From positions 19,975 through 83,974 of the forward strand of contig JAUZRK010000006.1 of NCBI GenBank assembly GCA_030950485.1: a DNA stretch of 64,000 bases, given 5' to 3'. The notes under the pieces were generated by a model, which had not been told where the DNA came from, did no database searches, and saw only the letters and a program-made list of their open reading frames with translations. How positions within the stretch are numbered: position 1 is the first letter of the stretch; each line of letters opens with the position of its first letter. Source of the stretch: Candidatus Dojkabacteria bacterium. Its GTDB lineage: Bacteria > Patescibacteriota > Dojkabacteria > J137. Made by a program: the position numbers and the translations under genes. Below are positions 1 through 10,099 of this stretch, in pieces.

Positions 1-3000
1 GTGCTGGAAACCAAAGACCAATTTACAAGACTGATGGTACAAAAAATGGAGACGGTAGTTGTAAAGTAACAGTTCAAACTTGTTCAAATGACAATTCATG
101 CGTAACAACTCCTCCTAATAATGGAAATGAATGTGAAAATAATAATGACTGTACTAACGGAAAAGTATGTCAAGGTGCAAACGGAAGCAAGAAATGTCAG
201 ACTCCAATTGATCCAAACAGTTGTGAAGGTCAGAATGCTGTTTGCGGTGGAAATAATGGATATATAGGATTTAAATGTAATTATCTTACGAATGGTCAAT
301 GTTTAGAAGGAGATCCAGGTTATATTTCTCATAGTTATTTCAATAGCTGGCAAGCAGCAACTAACTATGCAGGAACTTGTGGACAAGCCGATACAATTTG
401 GGTAGGTGGAAATAATCAATGTAATGGTAAGTTATGTGGTCAATTTTCAATATTTGAAAGTAGTTGTAATGACACTACAACTGAAGTAGGTCAATGTGAT
501 AATCCAACATGGTGTGCAAGTTTTCAATGTCCTCACGGAGATACTCATAATAAAGATGGGTTACCAATTCCTGATGGAGAATGTACAGTTCAAGATAGCG
601 GAGCATCTATGATTGCACAACAAGCAGGAACTTCTTGCCCTGTACCTTCTTGTGGTCAAAAAGATTTATTCTCTGGCCCTTTAGGAGACTACAGTGGTGG
701 AAACTGGTGTAGTGCAACAATGAGCCAAGGATGGCCAAACTGTGGTACTCCTGTCGTGACAACAACTTGTTATCAATGTACTGCAAGTTTAACTGATGGT
801 AATGATTGTAGAAGTAGAGTAGTAGACGGAACATCTTGTCCAGCAGGTTGGACTACAAATTCTGCTTGTCAAAATGGACAGCCTAATAATCAGTGTCCAA
901 CTGATACAAGTACTAATATTACTTGTTATACATGTACTGCTGATTTAGGAGACGGTAATACTTGTGAACCATTTCAACACACTGGAAGCTCATGTCCAGC
1001 AGGTTCAACAACAAGTTCAGCTTGTGAGACTGCAGAGGCTAATAATCAGTGTCCAGTTGATAATCAAGTTCCAGAATTAGATATAGACCTAGCTAGTACT
1101 TGTTCATCAATTACTATTAGTAATCTAATATCAGCTGCAAATGAATTTAATGATGCAAGTTACTATGTAATTTCACATAAACTTTCAGGAGAAGCTAATA
1201 GTGCATACATTAATTCACCACATATTCTATTAAATCAAAACAGTTATACAATAGCTGGTTTAGAAGAAGATAGTACATATACAATTAGAATTAGATTATA
1301 CAATTCTAATGGAGAGAGAATAGCTAGGGTTATAGATAATATTTCTACAAATTTATGTGCATTCTGTGGAGATGGAATTCTACAAACTAACTTAGGAGAA
1401 CAATGCGATGACGGAAATACAACGAACGGAGACGGATGTAGTGATCAATGTTTAAATGAAAATATAAATAACAATTTAGTATTAAGTTCTAGAGCTACAT
1501 GCGATGCAGTAACTGCTAGTTGGAATTATCTAAATGGAATTAACCCAGCTGAAGTTGAAATAGTAGTTGATCTTTATGGATCAGCAAGCTATACGTCACC
1601 AATAGCTACGAGTGGTGTTCTATCAGGAAGTTCAACAAGCTATCAATTTAATAATTTAACTGAAGATACAACTTATTATATAAGAGTAACTTTAAGTAGA
1701 CCAGGATTTGCAGATGAATATTACTATACTTCTGTTTACAATCCAGTTTGTAATAACAATGATTTAGCTAATTTAGAAATTAGCAAACAAGTTCTTGATG
1801 TAGAAAGCACAACTTGGGTTGAAGAGACTACTGTTACTAAGAATGACAACAGTGATGAAGAAGTACAATTCAGAGTAGTTATTTCAAATCCTGAAGCAAC
1901 AAGCAATGTATCTATCAATACACTTCAATTTATTGATAGATATGATAGACAGTACATTGACTTAACAAGAGCTACAGTAATATTAGTTCATAACGATGTA
2001 AATAATACTAGAGAAACTAGAGCTTTAAATAACTCTAATTTCAACTTCACTGATCAAAACGGTGTATTAAGAATAACTAATTTACTAGCTCCATTTGGAA
2101 CTGAATTAGCACCAGGTGAGCGAATTATAATTAGAATGTGGTTTGATGCAGTTAATACTACTTATACAGATTCTAACAATACTCAACTAGGAGATACTCA
2201 AAATATAGGAGAAGTAAACGGTTGGTATGCAGGTTCTGTTGATCCAGTTAACAGAGACGATGATGCATTTGTAAGAATAAGAGAAGAAGTTCCAGCAGTA
2301 CCTGTATTAAAAGTAAATAAATCTGTAGATAACAGACTTTACTATGCAAATAATGATACAGCTGAATTCACTGTAAGAATAAGAAACTTAAGTCAAAATG
2401 ACACTATAGTATTTGATGAAATTCTATTTACAGATGAATTTGATACGGATCATCTAGAATTTATTGGAGGAACAGGAAGAAGAAGTGATAATACAATTAC
2501 AAATGTTGATCTAGGAGGATTATTCACTGTTAATGCTGGTGTAATACAAGAAATTGATCTTGCAGATACATTTGGTGCTCTTTCAAATGGGGAAAGTATC
2601 ATATTGAAGATGCAGTTCAATGTATTAAACGAAACAAATGGTGATCTTGCAAATAATCTAGCAATAGTTAATGCAACAACTGATGATGGAGATATACTTT
2701 CAGATTCTGATGATGCAGAAATTATAATTATTGATGCAAACGAACTTGCGCTAGTTGATGTAAATAAATATGAGGCAGATGATACATTTGAGGCAATTGA
2801 TGACAGTGATAAGTTTTACAATATAGACGATACTATTTACTTTAGAGTAGATGTTGAGAATATTGGTAATGTAACACTTGATGAAATTGCATTCTTAGAT
2901 GAGTTTGATCAAAATGCGATTAGATTCGAAGATGCTTACGTTTATGAAAATGGAAATTTGGTTGCACTTGAAAATGTAGATGTAACACAATCTGGTGAAA

Positions 3001-4553
3001 TTTATGTAAGTAATCTTGCAGATCAGTTAGGAGATTTAGCTCCTGGAGAAGTTATTATGATAGCTTTAGAGTTCACAGCACTAGAACCAGGAAATACAAC
3101 TAATAACGCAATAATTTATGTAGATAATAGCTCATTCAGAGATGATGAAGATGTAACAATAGTTGATCCAAATAGTCCAGGAGTTTCTATTGATAAACAT
3201 CTTGCTCCAGGTTACTCAAACTCTTTTGAGATCGGAGATACAATGGAATTCGAAATTCAAGTTATTAATACAGGAAATACTGTATTTAATGAAGCATACT
3301 TTAATGATACTTTTGATACTGATTATTTAGAATTCTTAAGTACAGGATCAGCTACTTCACTTGGAGGAACTGTAACAAATAGAGTAGATTTTAAAGCTGA
3401 ATCAGTAACCTTAACTAATTTAAATCTTGATCTTTCAGATCTTTCAAACGGAACTATAGTTATTGAAGATTTAATATCATTATTTAATGAGAGCGACTTT
3501 GAACCAGGAGAGGTTATTACAATTTATCTAAGCTTTGAAGCTCTAGAATCAACAGATTCACTACCTAATAATGTAACTATAAATACAGCATTAGTAGAAA
3601 CAACAGAGACTGATACAGATATTCAAAGAGTAATTATCGAAAGTGATGTACCTGAAGAAAATATCGAGTTTGAAATTAATAAAACAGATTCAGGAGATGG
3701 AGTTTATGGATTTGATGAAACAGTAGAATTTGTAATTACAATAGAAAACTTAGGTGATTCAGTTGATGAACTAAGATTTAAAGATACTTTTGATAACTTG
3801 TACATCACACCAGATCTATCAAGTGCAACATTAAGTATTGATAGAGGTCCTGCAGTTGTATTCAATGATTTATCGTCAATTGCAAATATTGTAGGTGGTA
3901 ATAAAATTACTATAGCTAATCTAGCTGATAACAGCTTATTTGGAACGATTGATAGCGGGGAGATTATAACTATAGTTATTCCTTTCCAAACTCTAAACCA
4001 AGCTGGTATAACAGAAAATGAAGCTGAAATATTTCACAGAGACTTAAATTTCACTGATGATGAGATAATATTGATTGAAGACGGCTCTGAGGCACCTGAA
4101 CTTACATTAAATAAAAATGTAAGAACACATTCAGACAATGTCTTTAGAGTTAGCGAAACGATAGAATACGATATTAGAATTTTAAATAGTGGAAATATAA
4201 GTATTAGTGATATTGAATTTAGAGATAAGTATAGTGCATCTAAACTAAGATTACTAAGTGCAGAGTTAGTTAAATATTCTGCAAGTAACGTAGAGCAAGG
4301 AAGAATAAATAATATAATTCCATTAGCTTTCGTTAATACAGATGGACTATTCACAATAAATAACATTGCTAGTACTTCACTTGGAGGATTAGCACCAGGT
4401 GAATATTTCATGGTTAACTTTAAGTTTATGGCTGAAGCTCCTGGAACTACTACTAACTATGTTAGAACTGTTCTAAGAAGCAATGATAATCCAAGTCAAG
4501 TTGATGAGGATACAGTCGTAATTACAATTGAAAACTTAGATACGGATATCTAA
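1..4553 (+). CDS. Giant secreted surface/adhesin-like protein, 5'-partial (>1500 aa). It has an N-terminal Cys-rich module pair, FN3-like segments, Myxococcus-type Cys-rich repeats (CGDG..CDDGN..GDGCS..C) and many DUF11 'conserved repeat domain' units.
   Basis: Frame 3 is open from nt 3 with no stop until TAA at 4551-4553. The track ORF 609..4553 is only the part after the first ATG. Two tandem ~45-aa Cys-rich modules (CYxCTA..DGN.C..SCPAG..T..SACx..NNQCP) are present. Repeated ~110-aa units have the typical DUF11 pattern (V.K..D.......D...F.V.I.N.G), consistent with DUF11 (conserved repeat domain, TIGR01451) repeats. Confidence 0.75.
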   Translation, partial: AGNQRPIYKTDGTKNGDGSCKVTVQTCSNDNSCVTTPPNNGNECENNNDCTNGKVCQGANGSKKCQTPIDPNSCEGQNAVCGGNNGYIGFKCNYLTNGQCLEGDPGYISHSYFNSWQAATNYAGTCGQADTIWVGGNNQCNGKLCGQFSIFESSCNDTTTEVGQCDNPTWCASFQCPHGDTHNKDGLPIPDGECTVQDSGASMIAQQAGTSCPVPSCGQKDLFSGPLGDYSGGNWCSATMSQGWPNCGTPVVTTTCYQCTASLTDGNDCRSRVVDGTSCPAGWTTNSACQNGQPNNQCPTDTSTNITCYTCTADLGDGNTCEPFQHTGSSCPAGSTTSSACETAEANNQCPVDNQVPELDIDLASTCSSITISNLISAANEFNDASYYVISHKLSGEANSAYINSPHILLNQNSYTIAGLEEDSTYTIRIRLYNSNGERIARVIDNISTNLCAFCGDGILQTNLGEQCDDGNTTNGDGCSDQCLNENINNNLVLSSRATCDAVTASWNYLNGINPAEVEIVVDLYGSASYTSPIATSGVLSGSSTSYQFNNLTEDTTYYIRVTLSRPGFADEYYYTSVYNPVCNNNDLANLEISKQVLDVESTTWVEETTVTKNDNSDEEVQFRVVISNPEATSNVSINTLQFIDRYDRQYIDLTRATVILVHNDVNNTRETRALNNSNFNFTDQNGVLRITNLLAPFGTELAPGERIIIRMWFDAVNTTYTDSNNTQLGDTQNIGEVNGWYAGSVDPVNRDDDAFVRIREEVPAVPVLKVNKSVDNRLYYANNDTAEFTVRIRNLSQNDTIVFDEILFTDEFDTDHLEFIGGTGRRSDNTITNVDLGGLFTVNAGVIQEIDLADTFGALSNGESIILKMQFNVLNETNGDLANNLAIVNATTDDGDILSDSDDAEIIIIDANELALVDVNKYEADDTFEAIDDSDKFYNIDDTIYFRVDVENIGNVTLDEIAFLDEFDQNAIRFEDAYVYENGNLVALENVDVTQSGEIYVSNLADQLGDLAPGEVIMIALEFTALEPGNTTNNAIIYVDNSSFRDDEDVTIVDPNSPGVSIDKHLAPGYSNSFEIGDTMEFEIQVINTGNTVFNEAYFNDTFDTDYLEFLSTGSATSLGGTVTNRVDFKAESVTLTNLNLDLSDLSNGTIVIEDLISLFNESDFEPGEVITIYLSFEALESTDSLPNNVTINTALVETTETDTDIQRVIIESDVPEENIEFEINKTDSGDGVYGFDETVEFVITIENLGDSVDELRFKDTFDNLYITPDLSSATLSIDRGPAVVFNDLSSIANIVGGNKITIANLADNSLFGTIDSGEIITIVIPFQTLNQAGITENEAEIFHRDLNFTDDEIILIEDGSEAPELTLNKNVRTHSDNVFRVSETIEYDIRILNSGNISISDIEFRDKYSASKLRLLSAELVKYSASNVEQGRINNIIPLAFVNTDGLFTINNIASTSLGGLAPGEYFMVNFKFMAEAPGTTTNYVRTVLRSNDNPSQVDEDTVVITIENLDTDI

Positions 4554-4574
4554 AAGTATCGATTTGAATTATAA

Positions 4575-4603
4575 AGAGGTAGTGAAAACTACCTCTTTTT
4601 TTA
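4575..4603 (+). terminator. Rho-independent terminator: 9-bp perfect stem AGAGGTAGT/ACTACCTCT, GAAA loop, T7 run.
   Basis: Hairpin plus U-tract read directly, 22 nt after the stop of the giant CDS. Confidence 0.85.
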
Positions 4604-4670
4604 TACAAATTTTTAGCCTCTGTAAAACCTTCTTATTGCAAACATTCTTTTATTTGCCTATCCTATAAAT

Positions 4671-5240
4671 ATGGATAAACTTAATATTACAATTATTGTT
4701 GGTACTACTAGAAAAAATAGGATGTCTATTTATCCAGCAATGTTAGTAAAGAAGATAGGTGAAGAAATTGATGAGATATTAATAACATTTGTAGATGTAA
4801 TAGACTTTTTTCCACTTCCAGGAGAAGGTAATGACGAAGAGTCTAAAGATAGCAGATGGGTTGATATTAATAAAAAATCAGATGCTTATATAATAGTAGC
4901 TCCAGAATACAATCATGGATACCCTGGCTCGCTTAAGATGCTCTTAGACAACGATTTGGGTAATTACACACACAAACCTGTCTGCATAGCTGGTGTTTCT
5001 TCAGGGATGTTTGGTGGAGCTAGAATGATAGAGAATCTAATTAACCCTTTGAGAGAGATGGGATTTGTAACTACTCACTCAGATTTATTCTTTCCAAAAG
5101 TTCAGGACATGTTTGATGAGAATGGTGAGTTAAAAGCTGAATTTAACAGTCAGATAGACTATATAAAGAAGTCATTCAACGAACTTATATGGATGGCTAA
5201 ATGCTTAAAGTGGCGGAGAGACAATCTTGATTCAAAATAA
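4671..5240 (+). CDS. NADPH-dependent FMN reductase (flavodoxin-like fold).
   Basis: IIVGTTRKN...APEYNHGYPGSLKMLLD pattern typical of the NADPH-dependent FMN reductase family. 189 aa. Confidence 0.6.
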   Translation: MDKLNITIIVGTTRKNRMSIYPAMLVKKIGEEIDEILITFVDVIDFFPLPGEGNDEESKDSRWVDINKKSDAYIIVAPEYNHGYPGSLKMLLDNDLGNYTHKPVCIAGVSSGMFGGARMIENLINPLREMGFVTTHSDLFFPKVQDMFDENGELKAEFNSQIDYIKKSFNELIWMAKCLKWRRDNLDSK

Positions 5241-5241
5241 T

Positions 5242-5787
5242 CTATAAAGAAACCCTAGCACCAAAAAGCAGTATTGCAAATAAAATTAATGCTAATATAA
5301 TTACCCCTAATGACAGTAAGAATCTAAGTAGCTTAATCTTATCCTCCAAATTGCTATGGAGCCTATAGATTGAATACAAAGATAGCGCCAAGTGAAAAAG
5401 AAAGTAAATTGGCCATACTAAGAATGGTATATTAGCTGAGCTTGGGTTCTCGTAATTACAACTTGATTCACCAGTTAAATGCATGTACCCATTAAACGTA
5501 CCTACAGAATCTCCACAATCACCATAACTAACCATTATCAGAATAAAAGATGATATAGTTATTAGTAAAAACCATTTATAATCAAAAGAATAAGAATTCC
5601 TTTTTATCGAAGTAAGTACAAAAACTAGATTATAAAGCTGTGTTAAAGATAAATATATTATTATCAATATTATATTAAAAATTCCTGACCAACCAGCTGT
5701 AGAGAAAAGAAAAGTTATAAACGTTATAAGCAATAGAATAAATGAAGAGATTAGAAGTTTAATTAACCTATTTAACATAATCTTCAT
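5242..5787 (-). CDS. Hypothetical polytopic membrane protein.
   Basis: 181-aa ORF with 5-6 hydrophobic helices. No recognisable motif. Confidence 0.4.
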   Translation of the reverse strand: MKIMLNRLIKLLISSFILLLITFITFLFSTAGWSGIFNIILIIIYLSLTQLYNLVFVLTSIKRNSYSFDYKWFLLITISSFILIMVSYGDCGDSVGTFNGYMHLTGESSCNYENPSSANIPFLVWPIYFLFHLALSLYSIYRLHSNLEDKIKLLRFLLSLGVIILALILFAILLFGARVSL

Positions 5788-5809
5788 ATTTTGATTTACT
5801 TAAGACTAG

Positions 5810-7264
5810 CTATTTATCAAATCTAATCTCAAACATATTTGAACTTCCATTTTCATTTAAAGTTGAAAAGAAGATTCTCTCATTATCTTTTTCAACTACA
5901 ACACTTTCTGAAATGATTTCATCTTTCAAATCAATGCTATGTACATTGCTTCCATCCGTATCCATTAGATCTATTCTAGAACCAATTTCAGAATTAATTA
6001 CTCTTATAATAATAGTTCCACTATTACTAACTGAATAACTAATTTTGTCTGAGCTATCACCTAGTTCGAAATAATCTGCTCTTAATCTTATATCGCTATC
6101 TATAGTATGTTCAGTAACAAATGAATATACTTTATTATTTTCTTTATCTAAGAATATGAAAGTATTTCCGTCTAATGAAATATCTACTAAGTCAAAATTA
6201 CCATTAATTTTTTTATAAACATCTTCACTTAAGTTATTAAAATTCAATTTATCTTTAGTTTCAAAGATTATAACCTGATCTCTAGTATTCTTGCCGTAGA
6301 TTTTAGTAACCCCTAAAGGTATCTCTAGATCCTCATACTCTGAAATCAAACCTCTTTTACTTCCATTTTTATATAGTACTAAATCACTTTGATCTTCATT
6401 AAGAAAATATAATGAGCCATCTACAATACTAAAAAGACCTGAATTTTTAGGATTATAATAAATTAGCTCTCTTTCACCATTTGAAAGATCATATATGTAA
6501 ATAATATTTCCATCTTCTACTAAAAGACTCTTAGAGTCTTTTAACCATTCTATTCTGTCAGGAATATAGTTAAAATCATTAAACAAATCTAATTTAAACT
6601 TAGAATTATCTACGTCGTAAACTATCAATATTGAGTCTGCTTCGCAGCTAAGTAATATCTTATCAGTATTATAAGAAACATTAATAGAATAATCATTGTT
6701 AGCTAAGCAATTTATCTCTGAATCTGTTAAGTTTCTAAATTTCTCTGGTTTTGGGTCTGAAAATAAATCCGTAGGTTTCTTTTCATAATTATATTTCCAC
6801 AATCCTATTTCTTCTTCACTCCCATTTAAAACTGTAAAAATAATATTATCTTTTTTTTCATTAAAATAAATTTTATCAATGTTTACATCTGTTACTTTTT
6901 CTATTTCTGGATTTAAAGGATATAGTTGTGCATAAATAGTTTTTACTTCTTTTTTATCTACCTCAACATTTTTCTCCCAAGAAGTGTAATCTTGTTTCTC
7001 TAATCTAACATTTATTTCACCTACATCAACTCCAGTTACTCTATTATCAGTAAGTTTTACTTCTTTTGAGTTAATGAAAACATCTACTTTATCTTTTGGC
7101 GTTACATTTATTTTTAATACATTAGTATCCTCAATACGACCGTCACTAGTCACACGTTTACCTTGAGATAGAAGTACTAACCAAATTGTTAATCCACCGA
7201 AGAAAATTATTGAAGATGAAACCAATAAGTAGACTTTTAATTTTTTTGCCAATTCATCACTCAT
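5810..7264 (-). CDS. Hypothetical membrane-anchored extracytoplasmic protein, beta-rich, possibly beta-propeller-like.
   Basis: 484-aa ORF with an N-terminal TM anchor (LLVSSSIIFFGGLTIWLVLL) followed by a long hydrophilic D/N/S-rich region. Confidence 0.45.
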   Translation of the reverse strand: MSDELAKKLKVYLLVSSSIIFFGGLTIWLVLLSQGKRVTSDGRIEDTNVLKINVTPKDKVDVFINSKEVKLTDNRVTGVDVGEINVRLEKQDYTSWEKNVEVDKKEVKTIYAQLYPLNPEIEKVTDVNIDKIYFNEKKDNIIFTVLNGSEEEIGLWKYNYEKKPTDLFSDPKPEKFRNLTDSEINCLANNDYSINVSYNTDKILLSCEADSILIVYDVDNSKFKLDLFNDFNYIPDRIEWLKDSKSLLVEDGNIIYIYDLSNGERELIYYNPKNSGLFSIVDGSLYFLNEDQSDLVLYKNGSKRGLISEYEDLEIPLGVTKIYGKNTRDQVIIFETKDKLNFNNLSEDVYKKINGNFDLVDISLDGNTFIFLDKENNKVYSFVTEHTIDSDIRLRADYFELGDSSDKISYSVSNSGTIIIRVINSEIGSRIDLMDTDGSNVHSIDLKDEIISESVVVEKDNERIFFSTLNENGSSNMFEIRFDK

Positions 7265-7370
7265 TCTAATATTATGATCAAAGTTTAAAAAATGCTAAAA
7301 TACACGGTAGATTTTATAGTACAAGACATTATAGTTCAAGTCAGTAAGATATTATAGTATAGAAAAACAT

Positions 7371-9146
7371 ATGACAGCTAACTTAAAAGAAAGCCCAGAG
7401 AGATCATTTTTAGACGTAGTATTAGAACGTATTCCACCAGTCTTAGGATATTTAATGCTTTTATTTCCAATATTCGGCAGTTTCTATTTTCCAAATATAG
7501 TTGGTGTTTATTTAATAATAATATTTGTCTATTTTTTCTATAAATCATTTACAACTAGTATTCAATTCGCAATTGGCTTATGGAAAATTAGAGAAGACAG
7601 CGGAATTAATTGGGATGAAGTTTTAGAAGGATTTGAAAATCCAGTTAGTGAAATTACAAAGCTGCAAAAACAATTAGATTTAATAAAGAGAGCTTCATTT
7701 GCTACATTTAATAGAGAAGATTTGAAAGATGGCGTTGATGATCTAGCAGTAGAATTAAAGTATTCAAAAAAGACAAGACTTCCGAAATTCTATAAAAAAA
7801 TCCTATTTTTCTTTGAAAAAAGAAAATCTATTAAATACTTAAAGAAGAGAATAAAAAATCTTAAAAAATCCGATCATGCTAATAATATCAAACCAAGTGA
7901 GATCCAGCATATACTTATATTACCATTTGTAACAGAACCTATTGATCTATTGCAAAGTAGTATTGATAAACTTATGAATCAATCTTTTAATACAAAACAG
8001 ATAAATATAGTATTGGCTGCAGAAGCTGGAATTGAAGGTTGTTATGAAGTCGGTCTTGAACTTAAGAAAAGAAATGAAAAATATTTTAATAATATCTGGG
8101 TAACTAATCACAAACTTGAATATCCAGATGCTATTGGAAAATCAGCAAACATGAACTATGCAAGTAGAGAAGTGTATAAGCATGTTAAAGAGCTTGGTTG
8201 GGATTTAAAGAAAACTACAATAACAAGTTGTGACGCTGATTCTAAGATTGATCCTCAATATTTTGCAAATGTAACCTATAGATTTATTACTGATAAGAAC
8301 TCAGAATATAAAATATATGTTGGAGCATTGGTATTTTATAATAACATTTGGAGATTACCTTTTTACGCTAGAGTAAAGAATTCATTCTCTTCTATTTATA
8401 ATGTTTCAAAATTAATAAGATCAGATAGACTAATTCCTGTATCTACTTATACAACATCATTTTGGATGATAAAATCTATTGATTTCTGGACACCTTGGAT
8501 TACTCCTGAAGATTATCATATCTTCTTTAAAGCATTATTTACCTTTGATAAACATGTTTCAGCTGTTCCAATATATCTAATTACTATGTCTGATTCAGCA
8601 GAAGGAAATGGGCATATAGATACTATAATGAATAACTACAAGCAATCAAGGAGGTGGGCTTGGGGAATTTCTGATAATGGTTGGATGCTTAAAGAATTTT
8701 TTAGAAACTTTTTCAAACATTCACTAAGAACTAAATATAAGGTTATGCATGCTATATTTGATCATATTACAGGACCTAATATTGCTATTTTAATCTTAGT
8801 TGGAGGACATTTACCTGGTATTTTGAATCCTACATTTGCTAATGAAGTAACTGGAACAATGTTACCTGCAATTACTTCATTCATCGTAAAAATCACATTT
8901 ATCTTTTTAGTTGCTATTATTTTCTTAGATTTCTATCTAAAACCAAGACCGGATGTATATCCATGGTGGAAAAGAATTGCCAGAGTATTGGAATGGTTTA
9001 TTCAACCTCTTGTAGGTTTTTTTCTTGCAGCATTACCAGGAATCGAATCTCAAACAAGGCTAATGTTTGGGCAATATATGGAATATTACGTTACTGCTAA
9101 GAAAGACGACAAAGGTAATGAAGCTAAGAAAGATACTAGAGTATAA
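7371..9146 (+). CDS. Processive family-2 glycosyltransferase, cellulose/chitin-synthase-like, with integral membrane domain.
   Basis: Motifs CDADSK (DXD), TPEDY (ED) and QSRRWAWG (the QxxRW signature of processive GT2). Multiple N- and C-terminal TM helices. Confidence 0.6.
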   Translation: MTANLKESPERSFLDVVLERIPPVLGYLMLLFPIFGSFYFPNIVGVYLIIIFVYFFYKSFTTSIQFAIGLWKIREDSGINWDEVLEGFENPVSEITKLQKQLDLIKRASFATFNREDLKDGVDDLAVELKYSKKTRLPKFYKKILFFFEKRKSIKYLKKRIKNLKKSDHANNIKPSEIQHILILPFVTEPIDLLQSSIDKLMNQSFNTKQINIVLAAEAGIEGCYEVGLELKKRNEKYFNNIWVTNHKLEYPDAIGKSANMNYASREVYKHVKELGWDLKKTTITSCDADSKIDPQYFANVTYRFITDKNSEYKIYVGALVFYNNIWRLPFYARVKNSFSSIYNVSKLIRSDRLIPVSTYTTSFWMIKSIDFWTPWITPEDYHIFFKALFTFDKHVSAVPIYLITMSDSAEGNGHIDTIMNNYKQSRRWAWGISDNGWMLKEFFRNFFKHSLRTKYKVMHAIFDHITGPNIAILILVGGHLPGILNPTFANEVTGTMLPAITSFIVKITFIFLVAIIFLDFYLKPRPDVYPWWKRIARVLEWFIQPLVGFFLAALPGIESQTRLMFGQYMEYYVTAKKDDKGNEAKKDTRV

Positions 9147-9195
9147 GTAAGAAGTAAGAAGTAAGAAGTAAGAAGTAAGAAGTAAGAAGTAAGAA
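9147..9195 (+). repeat. Perfect heptanucleotide microsatellite (GTAAGAA)x7, starting the base after the GT2 stop codon.
   Basis: Read directly: units at 9147, 9154, 9161, 9168, 9175, 9182 and 9189. Confidence 0.95.
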
Positions 9196-9358
9196 GATCT
9201 TAGGCGATAACTTATGCCTGTCAAGTTATTTATGCTTATGTTCACTTCTTAATGATTTAGTTTGAAAAGTGGTCCCTACTTCCAATTTACAAAACCTCTA
9301 GTTTAATTCACAGTTACAGATATAAGTTAGAAGAAGTTAACTTAATTTATGAGTGTGT

Positions 9359-10093
9359 TTATTGATTAAAAAACTCTCTTTCAATCTGAGTTACATCAAA
9401 TGGCGTTCCAGCTGTTAGTTCTAAAAGCTCAGTTTCGATTTTCTTATCAAATCCGAATATTATTGCAACACCAACTAATATAAATATTATTGCTACTACT
9501 TTCTTGAATTTCCCCTTTGGATCAGTAGCCCATTTTAATTTATTGACTACAGTATAGCCATATAGTGAGATAGCAAACATTGCTAGAGAAAAAGCTATTG
9601 TATATACGCTTAAGTAAATAGTCCCTTCAACAAAACCTCCGTCTAATATTATAGCTAGTATTAAGGCATACGTTGGACTACAACTTAAAAACACCGGTCC
9701 CAGCGCAAAACCAGTTAAAACATTGCCAATAAAACCTCCTTTACTTGAAGCTTTCTCTAAAAATGAGTTTGATTTTGAATTTAATCCGAGTTTAAAAGAA
9801 ATTTTATCCCAAAGATCAGGAAATAGAAAAACTATACCTAATATTAAAATAATCACACCAGAGAATACTTTCCAAAAAGTATCAGGTACATCTATTAGAA
9901 GAGTACTAGCTCTTAGTAATAAGCCAAAAGCAAAAATTGATATACCTAATGATATTATTATAGTAGCAATAGTACTTTTCTTCTTTTCAGTTACCGCACT
10001 TCCAAGTATTACAGGAAGTAGAGGTAAAACGCATGGTGCTAAAATGCTTAAAAACCCTGCTAATGCTGAGTATATTAATAAATCAAATTCCAT
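9359..10093 (-). CDS. ccdA: Cytochrome c-type biogenesis / thiol-disulfide transporter CcdA (DsbD TM-domain family).
   Basis: LAPCVLPLLPVILG motif with paired Cys. ~6 TM helices. 244 aa. Confidence 0.7.
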   Translation of the reverse strand: MEFDLLIYSALAGFLSILAPCVLPLLPVILGSAVTEKKKSTIATIIISLGISIFAFGLLLRASTLLIDVPDTFWKVFSGVIILILGIVFLFPDLWDKISFKLGLNSKSNSFLEKASSKGGFIGNVLTGFALGPVFLSCSPTYALILAIILDGGFVEGTIYLSVYTIAFSLAMFAISLYGYTVVNKLKWATDPKGKFKKVVAIIFILVGVAIIFGFDKKIETELLELTAGTPFDVTQIEREFFNQ

Positions 10094-10099
10094 TCATTT

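Noticed and set aside
96-299. Short opposite-strand or out-of-frame ORFs nested inside well-supported genes. Examples from the track: 96-299, 607-834, 1736-1918, 4034-4411, 9723-10151, 12816-13112, 13314-13538, 16314-16511, 16738-17034, 17368-17562, 17893-18090, 21374-21562, 24156-24341, 29346-29705, 30514-30753, 31997-32200, 33676-33879, 35460-35870, 41389-41577, 44351-44554, 45951-46154, 47361-47573, 48017-48199, 48888-49097, 53573-53818, 54152-54403, 54891-55100, 58836-59048, 60949-61131.
   Set aside because: Each overlaps a longer ORF on the other strand or frame that has recognisable domains or much better protein-like composition. Low-complexity translations are typical of antisense AT-rich noise.
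9147-9195. Could the heptamer arrays be CRISPR repeats?
   Set aside because: The units are 7 bp, perfectly tandem and without spacers. CRISPR repeats are 24-48 bp separated by unique spacers, and no cas genes are present.
9060-9245. ORF 9060-9245 (-) with translation ...YFLLLTSYFLLLTSY...
   Set aside because: It is simply the antisense reading of the (GTAAGAA)7 microsatellite and the GT2 C-terminus. It is not a gene.
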